A stretch of 52,364 bases of DNA from a virus (lineage: Duplodnaviria; Caudoviricetes): the IMG/VR virus record IMGVR_UViG_3300030380_005007, positions 1 to 52,364 of that record, one strand, 5' to 3'. The position numbers were made by a program, and so were the translations under genes. The notes under the pieces are model-generated. The model was not told the DNA's origin. It saw nothing but the letters and a program-made list of their open reading frames with translations, and ran no database searches. This document shows positions 35,909 through 45,570 of the stretch, piece by piece (position 1 is the stretch's first letter; each line of letters begins with the position of its first letter).

Positions 35909-38406
35909 TGGCAATTGAAAGACAGGTACCCGATCCAGCGCAAACAGCTGAACCCGTACAAGATTTAACAACTCAAAGATCAACCGATGATCTTGATGAA
36001 GATATTATTGAAATTTTAGAAGGCTTAGACGAAGAAGAAGGCGTTCAGTTCCAAGAAGATGGTTCTGTCATTTTGGGCGAACCTGATGTTGAAATGCCTG
36101 GACTAGGTTTTGGAGAAAACTTAGCCGAAGTTGTTTCTGAAAATGAACTTGACAAAATATATGTTGAGTTGATGTCTGCTATTGAAAACGACAAGTCTGC
36201 TCGCGAAGACTGGGAGAAAACTTATACCGATGGATTGAAATACCTCGGTATGAAATTTGATGACGAAAGATCAGAGCCGTTTGAAGGAGCGAGTGGCGTG
36301 ATCCATCCTTTGCTTGGAGAGAGTGTGACTCAATTCCAAGCGCAAGCTTACAAAGAATTATTGCCGCCTCAAGGCCCTGTTAAAACTCAGGTCGTAGGTG
36401 AATACAATTCAGCGGTCGAAGAACAAGCGCAACGCGTAAAAGAGTTTATGAATTATCAGATTACTCACGTTATGGAAGAGTATGACGAAGATTTAGATCA
36501 GATGCTTTTTTATCTGCCCCTTGCAGGAAGTGCATTTAAGAAAGTTTATTATGATGAAAATCTAGGCAGAGCAGTTTCTAAGTTTGTAGCTCCAGAAGAT
36601 TTAATCGTTCCTTACTACACCACAGATTTAGAAAACTGTCCTAGAATTACGCATCTAATTAAGATGCCTGAAAACGAAGTTAAAAAACTTCAAGCAATTG
36701 GTTTTTACAGAAACGTAAAAGTTGATACCGGCGATGATAGTACTGTTGATGCTGGATTAGAAAGCGAACAAGAAAAGCTAGAAGGGATAAAACCATCATA
36801 TGATACCGGTGAAGTATGTAATCTTTACGAGATTCATTGCAACTTAGACCTAGAAGGTTTTGAAGATACTGATGAAGACGGTGACTTTACTGAAGTCAAA
36901 CTGCCTTACATCGTAACTATTGATACCAATTCAGATAATATTCTCTCAATCAGAAGAAACTTCGTTGAAGACGATCCGATAAAAAACAAAATTGAATATT
37001 TTGTTCACTTTAAATTTTTGCCTGGATTAGGTTTTTACGGATTTGGTTTAACGCATATGATTGGCGGTTTATCCAAAGCTTCAACCTCAATTGTTAGACA
37101 ATTAATTGATGCTGGAACGTTATCTAACTTACCGGCTGGTTTTAAAACTAGAGGCATTAGAATTAGAGATGAAGATTCTCCGATTCAACCGGGTGAGTTC
37201 AGAGATGTTGATGCTCCAGCAGGAAGTCTTAGGGATGCAATTCAACCGTTGCCGTTCAAAGAGCCAAGCGGAACCTTATTAAATTTATTAGGATTATTAG
37301 TTCAATCAGGACAACGCTTTGCTTCAATCGCTGAAATTAATGTGGGCGAAGGCAACTCTCAAGCTCCAGTCGGAACCACGTTAGCTTTACTCGAAAGGTC
37401 AACCAAAGTTTTATCTGCGATTCATAAACGATTACATGCAGCGCAGAAAAAAGAATTTGATTTACTTGCAGATATTTTTGCTAAGAGCCTTCCAGATGTT
37501 TATCCGTATGCGATAGCTGGTGGAATGATGCAAGTTAAACAAACTGACTTTGATGAAAGAGTAGATGTATTCCCCGTATCAAATCCAGATATATTTTCAA
37601 CCAGTCAAAGAATTGTAATGGCTCAAGAAATGATGCAGTTAGTTCAATCTAATCCGCAGATTCATGGCCCTAACGGTGTGTATGAAGCTTATCGAAGAAT
37701 GTATGCCTCTTTAGGCGTAGATAATATTGATGCTTTATTGGTGCCACCCCCTGATACAGAGCCTAAACCTATCGAAGCTGGTTTTGAAAACTCTGTATTA
37801 CTAGCAGGTGGAGTAGCGCAAGCATTTCCAGAACAAGACCATGATGCTCATATAGCGGTTCATGTTAATTTGTTAAACATGCAGCCGGTCCAAATGAATG
37901 CTCAGGTACAAGCTAACATCTATGCACATATTATGCAGCATTTGCAAATGAAGGCTGATATTATTGCGCAGCAACAAATGCCGCCTGAAGCCTTGCAACA
38001 GTATCAAGGTTTGTTGCAGCAAAGCCAAGCGGTTAGCCCTGTTGAGGCTGGACAGATGACTCAACAAGCAAACTCTATTTTGGCTCAGTTTAGTGCGCCG
38101 ATTATGAATGAATTAATGATGCAGTTTTCTCAACAAGTAGCTGCTCCACCGCAAGAGGATCCTTTAGTATCTATTAGAAAACAAGAGCTTGCTTTAAAAG
38201 GTCAAGAGTTGCAGCAGGATAAAGAACAGTTTGCAGTTAAGGAACAAATTAGAGCTGAGGAGAAAGCAAGACAAGATCAAATAGATCGAGAAAGAATTGA
38301 CGCGCAACGAGATATTGCTAGAATGAGAGATGGTACTGCTCAAGATAGACTTGATCAGCAAAAAGAATTAAAATTAATTGACTTAGGATTAAACCAACTT
38401 AATTAA
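35908..38406 (+). CDS. Portal protein
   Basis: 832 aa directly after terL; GSAFKKVYYD, long Gln-rich C-terminal coil (P22-like). Confidence 0.85.
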   Translation: MAIERQVPDPAQTAEPVQDLTTQRSTDDLDEDIIEILEGLDEEEGVQFQEDGSVILGEPDVEMPGLGFGENLAEVVSENELDKIYVELMSAIENDKSAREDWEKTYTDGLKYLGMKFDDERSEPFEGASGVIHPLLGESVTQFQAQAYKELLPPQGPVKTQVVGEYNSAVEEQAQRVKEFMNYQITHVMEEYDEDLDQMLFYLPLAGSAFKKVYYDENLGRAVSKFVAPEDLIVPYYTTDLENCPRITHLIKMPENEVKKLQAIGFYRNVKVDTGDDSTVDAGLESEQEKLEGIKPSYDTGEVCNLYEIHCNLDLEGFEDTDEDGDFTEVKLPYIVTIDTNSDNILSIRRNFVEDDPIKNKIEYFVHFKFLPGLGFYGFGLTHMIGGLSKASTSIVRQLIDAGTLSNLPAGFKTRGIRIRDEDSPIQPGEFRDVDAPAGSLRDAIQPLPFKEPSGTLLNLLGLLVQSGQRFASIAEINVGEGNSQAPVGTTLALLERSTKVLSAIHKRLHAAQKKEFDLLADIFAKSLPDVYPYAIAGGMMQVKQTDFDERVDVFPVSNPDIFSTSQRIVMAQEMMQLVQSNPQIHGPNGVYEAYRRMYASLGVDNIDALLVPPPDTEPKPIEAGFENSVLLAGGVAQAFPEQDHDAHIAVHVNLLNMQPVQMNAQVQANIYAHIMQHLQMKADIIAQQQMPPEALQQYQGLLQQSQAVSPVEAGQMTQQANSILAQFSAPIMNELMMQFSQQVAAPPQEDPLVSIRKQELALKGQELQQDKEQFAVKEQIRAEEKARQDQIDRERIDAQRDIARMRDGTAQDRLDQQKELKLIDLGLNQLN

Positions 38407-38414
38407 ATAACAAA

Positions 38415-38615
38415 ATGATAAAAAGAACTGAAATCAAAGATTTAGAAACTCCTAAAATATTGAAGAAACAACCTTATACTAATAAAGGTAATGTTGCTTT
38501 TAACGATATGAAGAACGTAAGCGCTGACGCTACACCTAAGCCAGGAATGGGCAAAGGTAAAGCAAGAGGTGTGGGCGCAGCTGAGTTCGGCGGTAAGTTT
38601 TCTGGCGTTTATTAA
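38415..38615 (+). CDS. Small head-module protein
   Basis: ARGVGAA...KFSGVY C-terminus. Confidence 0.55.
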   Translation: MIKRTEIKDLETPKILKKQPYTNKGNVAFNDMKNVSADATPKPGMGKGKARGVGAAEFGGKFSGVY

Positions 38616-38824
38616 TGTCAGTTATTTGGATAGCTGACCAACTTAAAAAACAGCTAAAGGAGAAGAAAGAAGATATTAACGCTCAGTTATTAAACGGCGT
38701 TAAATCTTTTGAAGATTATCAATATCTACGTGGTCGCTACAATTCTCTCGACGACGTAGAAAATGAACTTAGAGAATTGCTAAAAAGGATAGTTGAAGAT
38801 GACGGAGAAGATATTAGTACCTGA
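38615..38824 (+). CDS. Small head-module protein
   Basis: FEDYQYLRG helical hairpin pattern. Confidence 0.55.
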   Translation: MSVIWIADQLKKQLKEKKEDINAQLLNGVKSFEDYQYLRGRYNSLDDVENELRELLKRIVEDDGEDIST

Positions 38825-39284
38825 CCACGTAGCGGCAGAGGTCGAAGCGGAAGCTAAAAAAGAAACAGAAAAAGAATCTGAAACAGATACTGCTTTTGTT
38901 AATTCAGAAGATAGAGTCCTAGATCCGACTCTAATGTCAAAATCACTTGTAGAACGAATGCCTAATCCTGCGGGATGGCGGATGTTAATCCTTCCATATA
39001 AAGGAAGAGGTGTTTCTAAAGGTGGTATTACCCTAGTAAAAGATACAGTTGACAGAGAAGCGCTAGCTTCAGTTGTTGCATATGTGGTAAAAATGGGCCC
39101 GCTTTGTTATAAAGACAAAGACAAGTTTGGTGACATCCCTTGGTGTGAGGAAAAACAATGGGTGCTTATAGGAAGGTATGCAGGAGCTCGCTTTAAATTA
39201 GGCGATGATGCTGAATGCCGAATAATTAACGATGATGAAGTTATCGCTACGATCTCTGATCCAGATGACATTGTCACGCTGTAA
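38793..39284 (+). CDS. groES: GroES/Cpn10-like co-chaperonin
   Basis: PAGWRMLI, SKGGITL mobile loop, VVKMGP, RYAG, IINDDEVIA. Confidence 0.85.
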   Translation: MKMTEKILVPDHVAAEVEAEAKKETEKESETDTAFVNSEDRVLDPTLMSKSLVERMPNPAGWRMLILPYKGRGVSKGGITLVKDTVDREALASVVAYVVKMGPLCYKDKDKFGDIPWCEEKQWVLIGRYAGARFKLGDDAECRIINDDEVIATISDPDDIVTL

Positions 39285-39296
39285 CGTGAGGAAATC

Positions 39297-40211
39297 ATGC
39301 AAGAAGAAGAAAAAAACTTAGTAGAAGAACAAGTAGAAGATGGTGAGGTTGTCGAAGTTGAAATGCCTGAAGAGGAAGCAGATGAATCGGCACCTGTAGA
39401 AGATGTTTCTGAGGAGGAACAAGCAAAGGACGAAGACAAGGACGAATTAGAAAATTATTCTAAAAACGTTCAAAAGCGGATTGCTACGCTTACTAAAAAA
39501 ATGCGTGAGCAGGAACGAGCTGCTCAATCAGCGTATGAATACGCAAGATCTTTGCAAGAAGAAAATAATAATTTAAAAACCTCTAACTCAGAGGCTCATC
39601 AGAATTATTATTCTGAAGCAGAGAACAGATTAAAGTCGCAAAGAGCTCAAGCAAATTCAGTTTTAAAATCAGCTTATCAAGAACAAGATTGGGACAAAGT
39701 AACAAAAGCCCAAGAAATACTAGATAAGATTACGGTTGAAGAAAGTAAATTGGTTAATACTAAAATAAAGGTTGAGGAAGCGCCTCAAACTCAATACCAA
39801 GATTATGTTCAACAACAACAATATCAACAACCTGCTCAACAAGAGGCGCCTGACCCTGAACCTGCGGCGCAAGATTGGGCAGAAAAAAACAAGTGGTTTG
39901 GTGAAGATGAAACCATGACGTTGGCTGCTTTTAACATTCATCGAAAATTAATTGAAGAAGAAGGGTTTGATCCTTCTGATTCAATGTATTATGATGAGAT
40001 AGATAAACGTATCAGAGTTGAGTTTCCTCATAAGTTTGAAGACGGTGGGGAAGTTAAACCAAAACAGAAGATGCAACAAACTGTTGCCCCGGCTGTAAGG
40101 TCTGAAGGCTCTGGACGCAAACGACAAGTTAGACTTACCAAAAGCGAAGTTGAAATGGCGCGTCGTTTGAATGTACCGGTTCAAGAATACGCTAAACATA
40201 TTAAAAGGTAA
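39297..40211 (+). CDS. Capsid scaffolding protein
   Basis: Acidic N-terminus, coiled coil, short basic C-terminal helix; upstream of capsid. Confidence 0.65.
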   Translation: MQEEEKNLVEEQVEDGEVVEVEMPEEEADESAPVEDVSEEEQAKDEDKDELENYSKNVQKRIATLTKKMREQERAAQSAYEYARSLQEENNNLKTSNSEAHQNYYSEAENRLKSQRAQANSVLKSAYQEQDWDKVTKAQEILDKITVEESKLVNTKIKVEEAPQTQYQDYVQQQQYQQPAQQEAPDPEPAAQDWAEKNKWFGEDETMTLAAFNIHRKLIEEEGFDPSDSMYYDEIDKRIRVEFPHKFEDGGEVKPKQKMQQTVAPAVRSEGSGRKRQVRLTKSEVEMARRLNVPVQEYAKHIKR

Positions 40212-40217
40212 GAAACT

Positions 40218-40694
40218 ATGACAAAAGAGAACAAAAAAACAAACAACAGAACCCCACGTTCTGCAGATACTCGAGCTGATATGAACGCTCGCAAACCTTG
40301 GCGTCCCCCATCTATGTTGGAGACTCCACCAGCACCTGAAGGTTATTCCTACAGGTGGATAAGAGCCGAAATTGTCGGTCAGGAAGATAAGAAAAATGTT
40401 ATGTCAAGATTACGTGAAGGCTTTGAGCTAGTGCGTAAAGAAGAGATAGGAGATTTCGAGCTTCCAACGATGGACGATGGAAAGCACGCTGGTGTAGTAG
40501 CCGTGGGTGGTTTGCTTTTGGCTAAGATTCCCAATGAAACGCGTGATGAAAGAAACGCCTACTTTTCTGATCGTGCGCAATCCCAACAGGATGCAATTGA
40601 TAATGATTTGATGAAGGAATCTGACCCGTCTTCTCCGATATTAAAACCTCAGAGAAGTTCAAGCGTTACTTTTGGTGGTGGCAAAAGAGATTAA
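40218..40694 (+). CDS. Conserved head-module protein
   Basis: WRPPSML..P.APEGYSYRWIR. Confidence 0.55.
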   Translation: MTKENKKTNNRTPRSADTRADMNARKPWRPPSMLETPPAPEGYSYRWIRAEIVGQEDKKNVMSRLREGFELVRKEEIGDFELPTMDDGKHAGVVAVGGLLLAKIPNETRDERNAYFSDRAQSQQDAIDNDLMKESDPSSPILKPQRSSSVTFGGGKRD

Positions 40695-40736
40695 TTTTTT
40701 GCTGCTTAAAACAACTTTTTAGATAAAGGTAAAATT

Positions 40737-41315
40737 ATGGCTAATAAAAATGCACCTTTCGGTCTAAGACCAGTTGGCGAATTAGGTTCGAGTTATAACA
40801 CAAGCGGAACAACCGAATACTCAATTGCCTCTGGCGCGTCCGGAAACATTTTTTCAGGCGACCTAGTAAAAATGGCTAACACAGGTACTATTCTAGTAGC
40901 TGCTGCTGGCGATCAAGCGCTAGGTGTCTTTAGGGGATGTAAATATACCGACTCAAATGGCGATGTAATCTATTCAGCTTACTGGCCAAACGGTACTGTT
41001 TCATCAGATGCGGTGGCATTCGTAGTTGACGACCCAAATGCCTTGTTTGAAGTCCAAAGTGCTGCTACTGGCTCAGTTGTTCAAACTGTAGTTGGTAACA
41101 ACGCTGATATTGTTTATTCAACTGGATCAACTCAAACTGGTATTTCTGCTGTTAAAATCAGCGGAACAACTGCAGCAACTTCAGCACAATTAAGAATTGT
41201 TGGTTTTTCAGGAGATCCTGACAACAATGCTTTAGGTACTGGAACGTTGTCTACAAACGTTAACATGATTGTCAAAATTAACGAGCACTTCTATGCTCAA
41301 GTAACGGGAGTCTAA
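40737..41315 (+). CDS. Minor capsid/decoration protein
   Basis: MANKNAPFGLRP; beta-rich; immediately upstream of major capsid. Confidence 0.55.
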   Translation: MANKNAPFGLRPVGELGSSYNTSGTTEYSIASGASGNIFSGDLVKMANTGTILVAAAGDQALGVFRGCKYTDSNGDVIYSAYWPNGTVSSDAVAFVVDDPNALFEVQSAATGSVVQTVVGNNADIVYSTGSTQTGISAVKISGTTAATSAQLRIVGFSGDPDNNALGTGTLSTNVNMIVKINEHFYAQVTGV

Positions 41316-41317
41316 TC

Positions 41318-42226
41318 ATGGCAATTAATCGTTCACAATTAGCAAAGGAACTCGAGCCTGGTTTGAATGCCTTGTTTGGCATGGAATACGCTAGGTACGA
41401 TAACGAACATGCAGAAATCTTTGATACTGAAACTTCAGATAGAGCTTTTGAAGAAGAGGTACTAATCGTTGGCTTTGGGAATGCCCAAACTAAAGCTGAA
41501 GGATCTGGTGTTGCATTTGATAATGCAACTGAAGGATATACTTCAAGATACAGCCACGAAACAGTTGCTCTTGCTTTTGCTCTAACAGAAGAAGCTGTTG
41601 AAGACAATCTGTACGACAGACTTGGTTCAAGGTATACAAAAGCCTTGGCTAGATCTATGGCAAATACAAAGCAGATTAAAGCTGCTTCAGTATTAAATAA
41701 CGCGTTTAGTAGCAGCCATACAGGCGGCGACGGTCAACCTCTTGTTTCTAATGCTCACCCTCTCGGTGGCGGCGGAACTGCAAGTAACAGACCATCAACT
41801 TATACTGACCTTAATGAAACTTCATTAGAAGATGCTCTTATTTCTATATCAACTTTTAGTGATGACAGAAATTTAGTAATTGCATTACAAGGTACAAAGT
41901 TGATTGTTCCACCTCAGTTGCAATTTGTTGCTGACAGATTACTAGAAACTCCTGGAAGAGTTAGTACATCTGACAACGACATCAACGCTATTAAGAATAT
42001 GGGCATGGTTCCTGAAGGGTATGTGGTTAACCACTATCTAACAGATACTGACGCTTGGTTCTTAAAAACTGATTGTCCTGACGGATTTAAACATTTCCAA
42101 AGAAGCCCAATGCAAACTTCACTAGAAGGTGATTTCGATACTGGTAATATGAGATATAAAGCCAGAGAGAGATACAGCTTCGGATTCTCCAACTGGAGAG
42201 CAGTGTTTGCATCTCAAGGTGCTTAA
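41318..42226 (+). CDS. Major capsid protein (HK97 fold)
   Basis: 302 aa, KELEPGLNALFG, KLIVPPQL, DFDTGNMRYKARERYSFG; strong terminator follows. Confidence 0.85.
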   Translation: MAINRSQLAKELEPGLNALFGMEYARYDNEHAEIFDTETSDRAFEEEVLIVGFGNAQTKAEGSGVAFDNATEGYTSRYSHETVALAFALTEEAVEDNLYDRLGSRYTKALARSMANTKQIKAASVLNNAFSSSHTGGDGQPLVSNAHPLGGGGTASNRPSTYTDLNETSLEDALISISTFSDDRNLVIALQGTKLIVPPQLQFVADRLLETPGRVSTSDNDINAIKNMGMVPEGYVVNHYLTDTDAWFLKTDCPDGFKHFQRSPMQTSLEGDFDTGNMRYKARERYSFGFSNWRAVFASQGA

Positions 42227-42261
42227 TACCCGTTACTCGGGGTGGGTTGTTTAAACCTACT

Positions 42262-42291
42262 GAAAGGGAGCTTAGGCTCCCTTTCTTTTTT
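42262..42291 (+). terminator. Intrinsic terminator after major capsid gene
   Basis: GAAAGGGAGC-TTAG-GCTCCCTTTC + T-run. Confidence 0.9.
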
Positions 42292-42366
42292 CTGAAATAA
42301 ATTTACAAAAAGCTACCTTAAACAGTATTCTTATTGTAGAATCTGAGTAAACCAATTATAAATACT

Positions 42367-42783
42367 ATGAATACTGGTTTACATTCGAGTTTATCTTTAG
42401 CAAACTCACCTTGCACTGGTCGTTGCACTACGTCTATGGCTCCTTTTGACGAAAGATGTCAAGGATGCGGCAGAAATATTAAACAAATACGCGATTGGGA
42501 AACATATTCTGATTATGATAAGAAAATAGTTAATGTAAAAAACTGGCTAGAGGGTTATGATATAAGACAGAAAATTGAGGCAGAAATGAGTTCAAAAGAT
42601 TCCAAAAAAATACAAGACATTCAAGGCAGAATGACTACTGTTATTTCTTTAGTAGAGATGATAGGCCAAGATATGTTGGATGAGTTTGGTAAGGACTCAT
42701 CAATAAAAGAATCTTATCAGGCTTTATTTAGTTGTAGAGAGCAAATACTCAAGTCAAAAGAAAACTTCCCTCAAGACTGCTAA
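42367..42783 (+). CDS. DUF1289-domain (Cys-rich, putative Fe-S) protein
   Basis: SPCTGRC...CQGCGRNIKQIRDW. Confidence 0.75.
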   Translation: MNTGLHSSLSLANSPCTGRCTTSMAPFDERCQGCGRNIKQIRDWETYSDYDKKIVNVKNWLEGYDIRQKIEAEMSSKDSKKIQDIQGRMTTVISLVEMIGQDMLDEFGKDSSIKESYQALFSCREQILKSKENFPQDC

Positions 42784-42879
42784 AGTAGTATAGTTATCTA
42801 AACCGAGATAACTTGTTGCTCCAACTGACTCGGCAGACTTACTCCAAAGATGGCGCAACTAATTTAGCAGGAGAAAACA

Positions 42880-43386
42880 ATGGCTAAATCAACTTTTTCA
42901 GGTCCAGTCAAATCTTTGGCAGGATTTATCTCAGCAGGAACTAACGCAATCGTAAGTCTTACAGCTGACACATCCTTAACTGTAGACGCACATGCAGGTA
43001 AGATACTTCTATGTAATGACGCTGATGGTAAATTTACATTACCTTCTATTGTTACTACTACACCAAGCGATCCGACAGATCCAAATCAAACCAATAATTT
43101 AGGTGCATCATTTACATTTGTTATTGTTACCGCAGCTACTGATTTAGATATCAAAACAGACGGTACTGATAAGTTTGTTGGTGGTCTATATACTGGTGTT
43201 AACAACGCAACAGGCAAAACCTTTATTTCAGGTGCATCTAATGACGTTATTACACTTAACGGATCAACCAAAGGCGGATTAGCAGGAAGCATTATTAAAG
43301 TTCACGCTATAGCAAGCGCTAAGTATGCTGTAGAAGGAATCACTTTAGGTTCAGGAACTCTAGTAACTCCATTTGCTGACGCTTAA
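42880..43386 (+). CDS. Virion structural protein
   Basis: MAKSTFSGPV N-terminus, beta-rich; AGGAG RBS. Confidence 0.6.
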   Translation: MAKSTFSGPVKSLAGFISAGTNAIVSLTADTSLTVDAHAGKILLCNDADGKFTLPSIVTTTPSDPTDPNQTNNLGASFTFVIVTAATDLDIKTDGTDKFVGGLYTGVNNATGKTFISGASNDVITLNGSTKGGLAGSIIKVHAIASAKYAVEGITLGSGTLVTPFADA

Positions 43387-43401
43387 TACTAGGAGATAAT
43401 T

Positions 43402-43701
43402 ATGGCAGGTAGAATTGTAGGATCAGATGTAAAGACAGCTACAACCACTTCTTCTGCTACCGGTGGTGCAGTTTTGCAAAACGGTAGAGCAAGATTAAGA
43501 GGATACATCATAGCTGGCGGATCTTCTGACGGTACTGTTACTTTCAGAGATGGAACTGTATCAGGCTCTACCATATTAATTGCTCCTTGCAACGCTAATG
43601 ATACTGAAACAATGAACATTCCAGATTCTGGTGTTCTATTTGAAGACGGTATTCATGTTGTATTAAGTAATATAGATAGAGTAACTGTCTTTCACTCTTA
43701 G
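43402..43701 (+). CDS. Virion structural protein
   Basis: Small beta protein; AGGAG RBS. Confidence 0.55.
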   Translation: MAGRIVGSDVKTATTTSSATGGAVLQNGRARLRGYIIAGGSSDGTVTFRDGTVSGSTILIAPCNANDTETMNIPDSGVLFEDGIHVVLSNIDRVTVFHS

Positions 43702-43715
43702 CATTTGAATCTTTT

Positions 43716-43749
43716 TGTAGTAGCACTTATTATGGTGCTACTACATTTT
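43716..43749 (+). terminator. Stem-loop (terminator or processing site)
   Basis: TGTAGTAGCAC-8-GTGCTACTACA + TTTT. Confidence 0.6.
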
Positions 43750-43753
43750 AATT

Positions 43754-44053
43754 ATGGCAGCTAAGAAAAAATCAAAACCCATACGCAGAACCGTAGGTAA
43801 AGGCGGTAATTATCGTCCTACCAAAAAAGGCGCTGGTATGACAAAAAAAGGTATTAAGGAATATCGCAAAAAAAATCCAGGCTCAAAACTTAAAGGAGCA
43901 GTCACTGGTAAAGTAAAAAAAGGATCCGCAGCTGCAAAAAGAAGAAAATCATATTGCGCTAGATCTCTTGGTCAACTTAAGCGTAGCTCAGCAAAAACAA
44001 GAAACAATCCAAACTCAAGAATTCGTCAAGCAAGAAGAAGGTGGAAATGTTGA
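43754..44053 (+). CDS. Highly basic small protein
   Basis: RRKSYCARS...ARRRWKC. Confidence 0.65.
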   Translation: MAAKKKSKPIRRTVGKGGNYRPTKKGAGMTKKGIKEYRKKNPGSKLKGAVTGKVKKGSAAAKRRKSYCARSLGQLKRSSAKTRNNPNSRIRQARRRWKC

Positions 44054-44085
44054 GGGAAATGAAAAAAATTTGGTAGAATTAAGTA

Positions 44086-44316
44086 ATGGCTAAAAAAGTA
44101 AAAAGCGGCGGTAAAATTTGTCCAGCAGGAAAAGCTTGGGCAAAACGCACATTTGATACATACCCAAGTGCGTATGCAAATATGGCTGCATCTAAATATT
44201 GTAAAGATCCAAACTATGCAAAAAAATCCAAAGCCAAAAAAAGCAAAAGAAAAAAGTATGCTGGTGGCGGTATTGCCAGTGCAGGCTTTGGAGCTGTAAT
44301 GAGATCATCTAGCTAA
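44086..44316 (+). CDS. Highly basic small protein
   Basis: YPSAYAN motif. Confidence 0.65.
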   Translation: MAKKVKSGGKICPAGKAWAKRTFDTYPSAYANMAASKYCKDPNYAKKSKAKKSKRKKYAGGGIASAGFGAVMRSSS

Positions 44317-44320
44317 AATT

Positions 44321-44647
44321 ATGGGACAACTAGCAGAGTGGCGTAAACAAAATTGGGTTCGTATTGGAACCGACGGTTCTATTAAAGGTCCTTGTGGAAC
44401 TAGCAAAAATAAAAAAAACCCAGACCGTTGTTTGCCAGCAGCCAAAGCAAGAAGTTTATCTAAAACAGAAAGGGCTAAAACTGCTAGAAAGAAAAAAAGA
44501 GCTGGGGCAAAAGGTAAAACTGTTGTCTCAAATACAAAAAAAGCTAAAGTAAGAGTTAAAAAATCAACAGGCGATGTCGTTATTAAGATTGCCAAAGGAT
44601 GTGGTAAAGTAATGAACGACAGGAGAAAGAAAACTAAATTTTATTAG
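44321..44647 (+). CDS. Highly basic small protein
   Basis: LAEWRKQNWV...RCLP..KA. Confidence 0.65.
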   Translation: MGQLAEWRKQNWVRIGTDGSIKGPCGTSKNKKNPDRCLPAAKARSLSKTERAKTARKKKRAGAKGKTVVSNTKKAKVRVKKSTGDVVIKIAKGCGKVMNDRRKKTKFY

Positions 44648-44655
44648 GAAATAAT

Positions 44656-44886
44656 ATGTATAAGAAAACTAAAGGTTACTCTAAAGGCGGTAAAAAAGGC
44701 GGCCTAAAAAAAATGTCTAAAGGCGGAATGAAACCTAAAGGAATGTCTAAAGGCGGTATGGCCAAAGGGTACAAAAAAGGTGGTATGGCCAAAGGGTACA
44801 AAAAAGGTGGTATGGCCAAAGGGTACAAAAAAGGTGGTATGGCCAAAGGCAATAAAAAAGGTGGCAAAAAGGGCGGAAAAAAGTAA
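44656..44886 (+). CDS. Lys/Gly repeat protein
   Basis: (GMAKGYKKG)n. Confidence 0.6.
   Translation: MYKKTKGYSKGGKKGGLKKMSKGGMKPKGMSKGGMAKGYKKGGMAKGYKKGGMAKGYKKGGMAKGNKKGGKKGGKK
44755..44849 (+). repeat. 27-bp tandem repeat, 3.5 copies
   Basis: GGTATGGCCAAAGGGTACAAAAAAGGT exact x3 plus partial. Confidence 0.95.
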
Positions 44887-44892
44887 GTAGTA

Positions 44893-45570
44893 GTGGCTTA
44901 TCTTTATAGCAATATACCTCACTTTAAGTGTTGGGTAAGAAAAGAATATACTCATAACCATGACAAATATCATGGTGACTTTTTACACGCCATGGCAGTT
45001 GGCGTAACTACGATGCCAAATCGTTGTCTAAGCTTTCACATGATATTTACTGGAGTTGAGGCTGATGGTGAGCCAGAAGATACGGTGCATGGTGGCGCAA
45101 TGTGGGCTAGAATGCCAATCACAGCTTTAGTAGGCGACACGCCTTTTGAAGAATGGCCCGAGCCTATGCAAGTGCATGACGCGCAGCCTTGGGATTGTTC
45201 CTCTCATAACAACTCAGTATATGTTATTGATAGAGCTACACCATGCCCTTGGCTAGCCAAAATAGATGGTCAAATGTTTCCTGCGAAATATTACTTTACA
45301 GTTGATTATGCTGAAAGTGAGATCGCAGATGATCCAGCTCAACATAAAAGTAGTCACGTTTTAGAGCTTTTAGACGCAGGAGAATGGACAGGTAATATAG
45401 TTGCGCTACCAAACAATAGAGTTAGAGTTACACACCCTGCTTGGTTCCAAACAGGTGAAGGTGCACCCGACTTCAGGCCATCTCAACATATACATTATTC
45501 TAAATCTGATTTAGACTATACCTTAGATGTAAACAGGGTTTTTGATAACTTATATAATGAGGATGAATAA
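44893..45570 (+). CDS. Conserved hypothetical phage protein
   Basis: GAMWARMPI, QPWDC, YYFTVD, QHKSSH, ALPNNR. Confidence 0.65.
   Translation: MAYLYSNIPHFKCWVRKEYTHNHDKYHGDFLHAMAVGVTTMPNRCLSFHMIFTGVEADGEPEDTVHGGAMWARMPITALVGDTPFEEWPEPMQVHDAQPWDCSSHNNSVYVIDRATPCPWLAKIDGQMFPAKYYFTVDYAESEIADDPAQHKSSHVLELLDAGEWTGNIVALPNNRVRVTHPAWFQTGEGAPDFRPSQHIHYSKSDLDYTLDVNRVFDNLYNEDE

Noticed and set aside
42803-42859. Known self-cleaving ribozyme (hatchet, pistol, hammerhead)
   Set aside because: Only short words such as GCAGAC match; the required core architecture could not be built by eye
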